From Eledone cirrhosa (Eukaryota): a stretch of DNA of 64,000 nt. The notes under the pieces were generated by a model. It had not been told where the DNA came from, did not search any database, and was given only the letters and a program-made list of their open reading frames with translations. Each line of letters begins with the position of its first letter. The stretch's first letter is position 1. The stretch is taken from the NCBI GenBank assembly GCA_964016885.1, contig OZ024740.1, forward strand, positions 360,158,001-360,222,000. Reading direction: 5' to 3'. A program made the position numbers and the translations under genes. Shown one piece after another: positions 36,571 through 51,521 of the stretch.

Positions 36571-37879
36571 CACACACATATATCGAATAAACAAGACAAA
36601 CACACAGATGCAAAAACCCAAAATCTTATTTTTATCTTTAAATATGTAATGTGTATATATAATCAAATTTAAAAACGTATAACGAAGGCAAAGGTGAAGA
36701 TGACAAATAGAATATAAGAGTCACATATATCAACATAATGATACAACACAATACATACGCAGATACAGAAACATATATATATACATACAACATATCCCTA
36801 TACAGCAACCTATATACATACACACAAAACAAACTCAGATACGTCAACATACACACACAGCATCATATATACATACACATAAATATACAACATACCCAGC
36901 CACTGCAATATACACACCCACAACATACCCAGATACATCAACATATATACACACGCAGCATACCAAGATACAGCAGCATGCATATATACGCAGATAACTT
37001 TTCCAGATACAACATATACACGCTCTCACACAGTAATTTAGTGTAAAAAGACATTGGAAAACGTCTGGAAGATACAAAATAAGAAATTAAAGTTGAATGC
37101 TTCATATACATACCGGTAGAATATTACGTAGGGCTGTTGTTGTTGAAGCTCCTATAGAATGTTAAACAGAGCTGTTGAATTTGGAGACAGAAAATCTGCG
37201 TCAGAGTACCAAATATTAGATGTAAATTTAGAGTTATCTCCCCGGTTTAATGAGAAAGTGTAGAAGGGAATTTACGTATTTATTTGCGGGAAAAATAGAT
37301 TGCGACATTTGGGCTAGCACAATTCACATAACTAGTTAAACCGGAGTTTTTATAATTTTTTTTTTTTTTACATACAACGCATATGAGAGTAAGTAAAACA
37401 TATATTTGTGCATATTACATAGCATTAAGTAGAAATATAAACAATTTAAAAAATTGCTCGTTCTATGGAGCAAAGTTATCAATGAAAAGTATGCGCTTTT
37501 TTTGTTTTGTTTAATTGTTTTCCCACTTTAACACTAACTTTATTACGATTTTTACTTTGCATTTATTACATTTTGAAATAAAATCTTAAACTTTTGCAGT
37601 GCACCAAATTGCGACTCGCACAATTCTGTTTTTCAATTAATTTTCCAAACAGGAAGTGAAAACACGAAAATGCCAGCAACAAGAATTTTGTATAACTTGT
37701 AAAACCGGAAGACTAGTATAATATATTAGCAGAAATTTGATTTACAATTGTATAAATAACATTATAAATTGTCCACAAGAGAAAGAAACAAAAACAAAAA
37801 CTACCATCAATTCACAACCAAGTGCGACAATCGGCCGCACATCAACGGAAATTGTTGATATAATTTCAATCTTACCACA

Positions 37880-38140
37880 TCCTGGATGCTGTGGTTAGAA
37901 CGAGAGCTACAGCTTCCGTAGCCGAACGGAATAAAATCTTGAAATACCGTAATCTGTCGGTTAACTACATTTACCAGTCTGTGGCGTTCGAGACATTTGG
38001 GGGAGTTGCGAGGTTCTTCTCTTCTCTGGCGGCTCGCCTAACCGAGGTAAATGGTGATGCTCGTGAAGGCGCTTGGCTGTTCCAGCGCATCATCCGAGCT
38101 AACGCTGCGAACGTGCTGGCTTGCCTCGAAACTTATTAGG
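37880..38140 (+). mobile_element. CRE-clade non-LTR retrotransposon restriction-like endonuclease C-terminal fragment
   Basis: AERNKILKY..VAFETFG..RL..GDAREGAWLFQRI.RANAANVL matches the CRE-type terminal motif. Confidence 0.7.
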
Positions 38141-38304
38141 GGCGTTTTTCAGTGCTCCTCGCGATATTATCATCTATTTCAATCTTATAAGTCATTTTCA
38201 GTTTCAGAATTTCAAAATGGTCCCTGACTTTCGAACCGAACTAACTCTACAAGAATGCCAATACCAGTCTGCCTATATTACGACCAGTGTGTGCGACCCT
38301 ATAA

Positions 38305-38620
38305 ACGCAGCATAGCCGAATGCTTTGCAATCATTAGGTCCTGGGTTTGATACTGTGTGGTATCTTGGGCAAATGTCATCTGACATAGCATCGATTTCAT
38401 GAGTGAAATTAGATAGACGAAAACTATTTCGAAATTTGTCGGATGGACTGTACCTGTAATCAAAAGGACCAGCCTTGTTGCACATTGTATCGCTCTAAAT
38501 CTCCTAGAAAATTACCTTAAGGGTACACCTGTTGGTGGAATGCGTGGTTACTTATACGAGCAGGTTGTTCCGTTGATCGAACAAATGGAATACGCATCGC
38601 CGAAGCCGACAAAGGTCTAT
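38305..38620 (+). mobile_element. Degraded tRNA/CORE-type SINE
   Basis: ggtcctgggtttgatac B-box-like sequence, cttgggcaaatgtc CORE-like block, 3' gagcaggttgttccgttgatcg. Confidence 0.4.
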
Positions 38621-39249
38621 TCTATTCCACACTTAACTCTCTTTACATAGATGTGATTATCAAAATTAATATCCTGTCAAAACGGCCAGCAAACAGGAAA
38701 CAATTTTGTGTTCAGTACATTGAAGAGTTTACGACATGCTTCTGAGAGATTTATAGCTCCTAGTAATTCATAGTGCTTTGGTATCAACTATTCACAATGA
38801 AACAACAGCGAAATAACACCAAGAAAATTATTTTGCCAAGAAACAGACGGCTCGTAGTAGATCTGAATCCGCGAACTTTTAGCGGAAATGTTTCGTTGGG
38901 TTGTTTGGTCGATGTGACCATTAGTTGTTGATAATATGATATTGATGTGAAGAAAGTGATTTCCATAAAGACCAAAAAATAAACAAAACTGTTAATTATA
39001 TATATTTATTTCTTGCCTTGGGACAATCAATAACACAACAGGGATATGCAAAACCTTAAAATAACGATAAGATATTTTCATAAACATTTTAGTACAATAT
39101 AGAGTTCATGGAAGGAGAGTATTTTTGAGCAATATACGTATATTTAAATTTAGTGGAACTTGTAAGACGATATTTCTCTTATCCTAGTGTTATATTCCCT
39201 GGTTATTCATTTCTTGTTACAATAACAGCAGAACATTCAGGCTATTGAT

Positions 39250-41010
39250 AGAGATGTTGTTTCTCTCGCTTTACAGTCATACAGGAACATTTATTCTATC
39301 CAAACTCCATTCCTATATCTTTCGAGAATGTCATAATCAGATCAGTTTTACTTCATACCATTTATATTCTTGGCACACACTTTCAGATCGTCCACAAAGA
39401 TGTGTTAGGTTAGTGTCTATGGCCTCCTGTGAACTAATGCACTCTTCATTTTTTCCTCGGCACAAAGGACAAAGGTTTTACTGACACTATAAATAGCATC
39501 ACAGAGAGACTGTCTTCTTGAAATATACTCCTGTGATACTCTATTCTATTAGTGACAATATAGTCCTTCCCTCTATTTAATTCCAGGAGAGCGGCCCAGG
39601 ACAAAGATAGGTTTTCTATAGAATCCAAAAGTGGGAAATAGAATAAAATGTTTTCTTGTAATCCAACCAGACTGTAACTAATTTCCTCCTATGTCACCAT
39701 ACCTCTAACATAATAGTTTTGTTAACTAGGAGTTGCTTAGCACATTCCCAAACTTCTTTCTTCCCTACTGCTTGTTCATCTGTGATGATATTGTTATGTC
39801 ATTTATCCTGGAAGGATAGGTTTAGACAGACTACAATAAATTCTAGTTTCTGCGAATGCTATCCTGCTTGATATATGTTTATTTACATGTGATAAGCATC
39901 ACATGACCAATAGTTTTTTTGTAGAACAAGTCTTTTTTTTTTCATTTTAGAAATACGTGATGGTACTTTTTCTGTTTGCCATTGATGTTAAAACGTGGAA
40001 AATTCTAACCAGCTCAAGAAATTTCCGGATCAATATTGACATAGACCACCTTTACTTAAAATGTAAACAGAGAGATAGAGACTTAATATCAATCCAAACT
40101 GTTTGGATGTTGCCTCGCATCCCTTCAACACCTACTAATCACCAAGTGTAGAAGCCCATGCATGCATAGAACAAGCCTATCTATATGAGGTAAATGGGAG
40201 TTGGAACAGAACTTCTTGAGAAATACACCCTGAATGATGACCAAAAACTCCCACCTAAGGAAACTGCACAGCACTACAGGAACAAATCAGTGGAGAAAAA
40301 GCTGTATGCTTATCAGAAAAAAGTCATGAATGGCTGTTGTCAGAAAGCTTCAACATAAGGGTACTACAGATATCCAACTATCTTGGACAAACAACTGGTA
40401 TATTTCCTTTCACTTTGAGGGATATACTTTTGCCATCTAAGAACAGGAAATAACAATGAAATACCTGATGTACAAAAGAAATAGCGATGTAGGCAAAACA
40501 CTTAGATGTAGTGCCCAAAACACTAAACAATGTAATCTGAAGGAAGGATTGTCTTGATGATAAAAAAGTTTAAGAAAGTTACAGCCATGTGGAAGGTATA
40601 TATACACACACAGAATATGAAAGATTACTGGTGAGATGTTTCAGTCAAAACTCCAATAAAATGTAAGCATAACAGACCAGACACAGTATCATGAGACAGA
40701 GAAAAGACAGCATGCACAGCAGTGGAAATCAACTGCCCTGGAGATATTAATATAGTGTTAAAAATTAGTGAAAAGGAGAAAATTTATGCTGAACTAATGA
40801 GGAACTTGCAAATACTCCACACTGACTATAGCTTTAGATTTGTACCTATGATCATTGAGACTCTTGGATATGTTATCTGCCTCAGTACAAATCTTGAGAA
40901 GTTGGGCTTCATAGAACCAGAAAGAGTACAGCTAGTTAGGAATTTGCAAATATAATACATTTATGGAACTGTTAAAGTATGTAAAACATTCCAGTTTAGC
41001 ATGTAATAAC
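39250..41010. mobile_element. R4/Dong-like LINE remnant: RT fragment on minus (39250-39790), C-terminus with restriction-like endonuclease on plus (39945-41010)
   Basis: RSIFQEDSLSVMLFIVSVKPLSF resembles RGIFQGDSLS; DIDHLYL; KHNRPD..EINCPGD..EKEKIYAEL..VPMIIETLG. Confidence 0.72.
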
Positions 41011-42907
41011 TGCACATATACTTGTTTCTATATCTATAGGTGTGTATGTGCACATGTAACTCAAAACACAGATACACAACAATATGTGTACTTGTATACA
41101 CAAATACATACATAATTATCTAGTTGCTGTTGTCTAAATTCCAACAAAAGTCTTGCTCCTTTGTTAGAAACTTGCTCTATTTGTGAGAAGAAAAAAACCT
41201 TCCATCCCCTACACATATACTACTATATCACAACTAACTTAACCAACACTAAGATGATCATATACATGTAGTTTCTGTGGAAGTCACCTATAAACGAAAT
41301 CTATCATTCCAGATGTTTAGTTATGCTGAAAAAATATTTCAAGTACATGGTACAGAACAATGGTTTTAATTCATGTAGGTATGGTATCATGGTTACATGA
41401 AAGGTAAGAAAAATTCTAATATTCTTAGGAGACCTGAAAAAATGTGATTGTAACTGAATTGAAGATAATACTTAATATAATATTTATAGTTTAACTTGAG
41501 CAAGAGATGAAACCACTAATTCAGTACAATGGGGGAAGGCATACACATGAATGTTGGACTATAGTCCTTATTATTCTCTTCTGTTTTACTATTTTTTCCT
41601 TCTTTGGCTAAGGTCTTGTACACCGTTCTCTCCTTTCTTTGTCAGTTGACACACTTGGGATGCTTTTTCCTCTATATTTGTGTAATTCATCTAAAGGCAT
41701 AACTTATTGCTACCTGTTTTGTGATATCACAATGTGCACTGAGAGAATAATATCAACCTTAATGCACCGAAACCATAGTGACATCCAGACGTTGACTGAG
41801 GAGATGGGACTGTCTGTCTTTCCATTTTTCTTTTCATTGTCTTTGTCATGTGTGCTCCCTATTTTGAATTTATATTCTAAAGTCTTAGTCATGCAGGCTT
41901 TTTTTAAACCATATATATATATATATAAATTATAGAACAATAATATTAATAAAAATTTCTAATTGAAGCACAAGGCCAACAATTTGAATACTGAGTGTAA
42001 AGAGCTGGAAAAAATACCTTATAGCATTTAATATAACACTAACAGTTTTCCTTTTTGACTGCCCTAACAATAATATTAATAGTTTATTTTCATATTGCTC
42101 CAATGGTATGAATGAAGGAACATTACTAGAATAGGTTAAAAAATGGTGGTGGTGGAGTGTTACAGAATTGATCATAGAAAAGAAATCCCATTAGTGAGAC
42201 AGCCACCCAGAATCCAATCAAGGAACCTCACAGATTCAGATTGCCATGACTAACAAGGCCTCATGCTCTCTCTCAGTTGTGACTTTACTCTAAAGGTGTA
42301 TTCAATTGGGCTATTTTCACCACTCTCACCCATCTTTCATCAACTTAACTGGAGGGCAGCACTTTCCCCACCCTCCCCAAGCCAAACTCGACGTTCATGA
42401 AGGCTTGGTCAAAGAGAAAAGTGTCTGTACAATCCTTTCAGCACTGTACAATCATTTTAGCCATGGCTACCAAACAGGAAAACTGCCTGTCATTCCTGGT
42501 CAAGGGATGTGGTGCAGCAATCTTTGTGATAGACTTGGCTGATAGCTAGATCTGTCACACATATAACAATAGCTGTTCAACATGACACTATAAGTCCACT
42601 GGCCAATGATACTAGCTGGCAAGGACTTGCTGAGCTGCAAATCCAACAGCTTGTTCCGGTAAGATCTTGTCCACAAGGTACAGCTGTGATATATTGTCCA
42701 GTCCTGTGTATAAAATTTGCCTCCTCCCTTTTTCTTTTTCTCATGATATATATCATCAAAAATATATTTTAATATATTTTTTTATACATACACACACATT
42801 ATATATATATATATATATATTTTTTTAAATATAAAAATGGCTTCAACAAGACTAGAACTGTTTCATCTGCAGGATGTTGTAGTGCACCTGAGCACTTTAC
42901 ACAATTT

Positions 42908-43050
42908 TCCAGCATAGTTACGTCCCTTTACGATCTGAGTTCAAATCCCGCCGAGGTTGACTTTGCCTTTCATCCTTACGGGGTCGATAAAATAAAGTAC
43001 CAGTAATGCACTGGGTAATTGTTGGCCTTGTGCCTAAAGTAGAAACAATT
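42908..43050 (+). mobile_element. 5'-truncated tRNA SINE (family of 10034)
   Basis: Near-identical to 10078-10219. Confidence 0.88.
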
Positions 43051-43071
43051 ATATATATATATATATATATA

Positions 43072-43595
43072 TTATCATCATCATTTAACGTTCATATTCC
43101 ACGCTTGCATGGGTTTGGACGGGAGTTTTCCCACTTGAGGCAAGAGTGGTTGTCTTGCTCGCATAGGACTGTCTGGCAGGTTTTCTACGGCTGGATGCCC
43201 TTCCTAACACCAACCACATTTACAGTGTGGAACTGGGAGGTTTTTACCGTGTTGCCTACATGGCCACATTACAGCGTGAACTGTGTGTTTTTTATGTTGT
43301 GACACCTACACGACCTCATTTGTTTCGGGCTGGATGTTGTGACACCAACATAACTTTACATTGAAAGGGGTGGTGTGGATGGGGTGGAGGTAGTGGGACG
43401 GGGGTGTATTTTGTTAGAGGTGCCTACTGACTGTAGTAGGTTTCACTTTGTACTTAGGTAAGGCGGGTCTTCTCTATTACTGTGTAGCGCCAAAGCTCTC
43501 GGTCCAGTGACATTGTATTGGAGAGGTGTAAGTGTGTGAGGTCGGAATTTATCAAGTCGTCCCAGGTTTTTCTGGGTCTGCCTACTCCGTGGCTA
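43072..43595 (-). mobile_element. RTE family A 3' fragment
   Basis: [23 protein letters not shown]...EKTRLT plus 3' UTR, lying between (TA)n tracts. Confidence 0.88.
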
Positions 43596-43597
43596 AT

Positions 43598-43629
<32 letters not shown>

Positions 43630-43669
43630 ATATATATATATTATATACATATATATATATATTATATAT

Positions 43670-44003
43670 ATCATCATCACCGTTTTACGTCCGTTCTTCC
43701 ACGCTAGCATGGGTTAGACGGGTTGTCCTGTTGTGGGCAGTGTCTGGTCGGCTGACCATGCCTTGCTCATACAGGAACTGATCTGGCTTGATTTCTACAG
43801 CTGGATGCCCTTCCTAACACCAACCTCATTTACAGTGAGTGCTGGGTGCTTTTTCGTGGCGCCTACACGTCCACTTTACAGTGTGGGCTGGGTGCTTTTT
43901 TGCCGTGGCACCTCCACGACCACCTTGCGGTGGGGGGTGTGGGGGCGTATTGTCTATATGCTTCAGCTTGTACCCATGGGAGGTCAGGTACTCTGTATTA
44001 CCC
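43670..44003 (-). mobile_element. RTE family B 3' UTR fragment
   Basis: Closely matches 11605-11915; lies between (TA)n tracts. Confidence 0.82.
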
Positions 44004-47656
<3,653 letters not shown>

Positions 47657-47856
47657 NNNNNNNNNNNNNNNNNNNNNNNNNNNNNNNNNNNNNNNNNNNN
47701 NNNNNNNNNNNNNNNNNNNNNNNNNNNNNNNNNNNNNNNNNNNNNNNNNNNNNNNNNNNNNNNNNNNNNNNNNNNNNNNNNNNNNNNNNNNNNNNNNNNN
47801 NNNNNNNNNNNNNNNNNNNNNNNNNNNNNNNNNNNNNNNNNNNNNNNNNNNNNNNN
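47657..47856. other. Assembly gap (200 N)
   Basis: Run of 200 N; true distance and adjacency are unknown. Confidence 0.98.
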
Positions 47857-50560
47857 CGTCCGCTTTTCCCTGCTTGCAAGGGTGGGACGGGTCTTATTCA
47901 GCACAGCATCTCTCCACTCGTCACGGTCCTTCGTCATCTCCACCGTGAGCTTCAGCGATCTGAGGTCTGTTCTCACCACCTCCGCCTATGTTTTTCGTGG
48001 TCTACCTCTACCACGTCTTCCTTCAACTGGCATTTCCTGGCACTTCTTCACCCATCGGTCATCCTCCATGCGCATCACATGTCAATACCACCTCAGTCTC
48101 CTCTCCCGTACACTACATGCTATCCCGCTACATCTCTTGTGTACTCAGGATCTGCATTGTGTGCATTTTATAGAATTTATGCCAGTTCCTTTTCTGCATA
48201 TCGAACATGGCCATTTCCCTGACGGAATCAGGGATTTGTCCTCTTTTCTACTCATCAACACTTTTGTCTTAGCTAGGTTCACTCTCAGTCCTCTTGCTTC
48301 CAACTGCTGTTTCCATAGCCAGAATTTATTCTCTAGCTCCTCTACTGATTCTGCTATAACAACCAGATCGTCAGCATAGAGAAGTTCCCATGGACAGCCA
48401 GTCTTAAACTCCTGTTATGGCTTGGAGGACTATAATGAACAAGAGCTGGCTGAGGACCGAACCCTGATGTACTCCTACTTGTATCTGGAATTCCTCACTA
48501 AACTCCATTCCTACCCTGACTTTACTGAGAGTACCTCTGCATAAAGTTTGCACTGTCCTCACAAGCCATTCCTCAACACCTAGCTTCCTTAGGGACCACC
48601 AGATGACAGATCGGGGTATCCTGTCAAAGGTCTTCTCTAGATCAACAAAGGCTAAGTATAGTGGCTTATTCTTCTCTAGGAACCTCTCTTGCAATTGTCT
48701 CACCAAGAAGAGGGCATCTGTTGTACTCTTCCCAGACACAAAACCAAACTGCATCTCATCTAGTTTGACCCTTTCTCTAATTAGTTGTGCTAATATCCTT
48801 TCTGCCACTTTCATAACCTGATCTATCAGTTTTATACCCCTATAATTGCTCCTCTCCAGAGCATCCCCTTTACCTTTGTAGCAATTTATGAGAATACTGC
48901 TGCACCAATCTTTGGGTATGACACCACCATATATAGCCTGATTGATGATGCGTGCAACCAGTTTAGTGCCTACGTCCCCTGATGCCTTCAGCATCTCAGC
49001 AACTATTCCCGATGGTCCAGCAGCCTTACCATTTTTCATTTCCCTAATCGCCTCTTGGACCCTATATTCGTCAATCTCAATAGCTGGTCCCTCTGTCGGA
49101 TCTACTAAGGGTAATTTCTCTCTCTCCTATTCGTTCTCCACATTCATCAGTCTCTCATAATGACATTTCCAGGCCTCCTTTTTCTGATCATTCGTGACAC
49201 TAAGTACACCGGCATCATCCCGGACACATTTATCTCCAACAACATCCTGATTTGCATTGACACACTGCCTTGCAATGTGGAACACCGCACGCCTCTAATC
49301 TTCCCGTCGCAGAACATTGGCAAACCTCCTACTCTCCGCCTCCCTGCGTGCTAAGTACACCTGACGTCTAGCTTCTCTCTTAGTGGCTGTATATTCTTCC
49401 CTACTCCCACCCTTTTTCCAAGCCTTCCATGCTAGACTTTTGTCTCTAATAGCCTTATCTACTGTGCTGTTCCACCACCAGGTCACTCTCTGCAGCAAGT
49501 TGTCACGTAAGAAATTCCAGTTATTATCTATGTCATACGTCTCTAAATCGTCTTCTTTTTCGTCATATACATCTTGAAGGGCTTTCCTAAATTTGTATTT
49601 TAGTGAAAGGTCTTTTAGCTTCCAGACCTTTCTTCTCCACACCTTCCTATATGTCTCATTCCACCTCTTGCTTACTGAGATATCACTAACAACTAACCTA
49701 TGCTGTGGGGTACATTCTTCCCCAGGGTATGCCTTGGTATTAGACACTATCTGCCTGTCCCGCTGCCTAACTCGTAAGAAGTCAATCTGGCTTATGTGCT
49801 CACCAGATTTGTAGGTTATTAGGTGATTGGCAGGTTTCTGGAAGTTTGTGTTGCAAATAGTCAATGTACCTGCATCACAAAATTCAAGAAGTCTCACTCC
49901 TTCTTCATTTCTTGAACCGTAACCGTGCCCACCATGTACCCCAGTGTAACCATCCTGGAGCTGTCCAACATGACCATTGAAGTCTCCTGCTAGCCTAACG
50001 ATGTCTCCGTCCTCTGTCATTGCGGTTGTTTGTAAAAGTTGCCCGTAAAAGCAGTCTTTCTCATCTTTGCCTAGGCCTGCTTGGGGTGCATAGGCCGAGA
50101 TGATTGTCAGTAGTCTCCTGCCTACAACTAATCTAAGCTTAATTATTCGATTACTAACTCGAACTACCTCTATTGTCTGATTGATCCATTTCTCAGCCAG
50201 GAAAATACCTATTCCCCCTAACCCATCATCCTTACCTACCCAGAATAGCTTATAGCTTAGACATTTGCCTACGACTAGTCTCGCAGAGGCACCTCTCCAT
50301 CTCACCTCTTGCACGCAGCACACATCCACATGCCTTCTCTCCAGCATCTCCGCTATTTCAGCAGATCTACCTCTGAGAGTGCCAACATTAAGAGATGCGA
50401 CGTCTTCATATTTTGTTGTTGTTCCTATTTGTTGCTGTGCTGATAAGCGTTTTGGCATTGATACACTGGTTGGATACCCTTCCTAACACCAGCGCCACTT
50501 TACAGCATGGACTGGGTGCTTTTATTTGTGCCACCAGCACTAGAGAGGATGTCTTACTAG
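47857..50560 (-). mobile_element. RTE LINE family C, near full length (5' UTR, APE, RT, PHD partly deleted)
   Basis: [35 protein letters not shown] and SQIDF (APE); RT with YADD; CSIC..CTQCRS*VHKRC followed by an internal deletion; tail cccttgcaagcagggaaaagcggacg. Confidence 0.93.
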
Positions 50561-50634
50561 ACTCAAGGGCCCTCTCTATCCCTCCATTTTACAGCATGGC
50601 CATTAAAAAAAACTAAAAAAAAAATTATTGACAT

Positions 50635-50749
50635 GACGCACACACACACACTCACACACCAACACTCATGCATACAAACCACAAACTACACACACGCCAC
50701 TCACATACCAACACTCATTCATGCATACAAACACACACACCACTCACAA

Positions 50750-50789
<40 letters not shown>

Positions 50790-51459
50790 TACCGGCAGTA
50801 CTGATACAAATACAAAGTCAAAATCATGTCAACTGTTGACTTTTCCCAGTCCAGTTCAGTTTTTATATAATAATAATAATAATTGTTTGCTTTACGCTGG
50901 TAATGGTGGTGGATGGTGGTGGATGGTGTCAGTATGGTGATGGTGGTGGTGGTGGATGGTCAGTGATGTTGGTGGCAGTTGTTGTTGCTGTAGTTGTTAT
51001 TGTAGTTGCTGCTGCTGTTGCTGTTGTTGTTGTTGCTGCTGCTGCCATTGTTGTTGTTCTTCATTTCACTGATGCTGCAGACAATGGTGTTGATGCTGTT
51101 ATTGTAGTCGCCTATATATATATATAAATACATATACACACACACATTCATTCAACACAGACAATGGTGTTGTTGCTGTTGTTGTTGTTCTTCATTTCAC
51201 TGCTGCTGTTGCTGCAGACAATGGTGTTGATGGTATTATTGTAGTCGCATATATATAAATACATACATACACACACATTCAACACAGACAATGGTGTTGT
51301 TGCTGTTGGTGTCGCTGCTGTTGTTGTTGTAGTTGTAATTGTTACTGTGTTGAAATCTGGTCGCATCCACTGAGATATACATATACACACACACATATAT
51401 ATATGTATATACACATACATACATCAAATATATACATATATATACATGTATATATATAC

Positions 51460-51518
<59 letters not shown>
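50635..51518. repeat. Compound microsatellites (CA, GGT, GTT/GCT, TA) with short block duplications
   Basis: cacacacattcaacacagacaatggtgttgttgctg and cttcatttcactg..gcagacaatggtgttgatg each occur twice. Confidence 0.85.

Positions 51519-51521
<3 letters not shown>

Noticed and set aside
37640-37720. ETS-like motifs (ACAGGAAGTG, CCGGAAG) as a promoter
   Set aside because: Short motifs with no linked exon visible.
38215-38290. tRNA-like segment on the minus strand (ggttcgaa...gggacca)
   Set aside because: Could not build a cloverleaf; at most a decayed SINE head.
42200-42720. Possible Tx1/L1-like LINE 3' remnant or TRAF6 upstream exon
   Set aside because: Too degenerate to assign; no clean splice pair or continuous frame.
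50903-51427. Poly-Val/Ala/Asn/Thr ORFs
   Set aside because: Translations of trinucleotide microsatellites.
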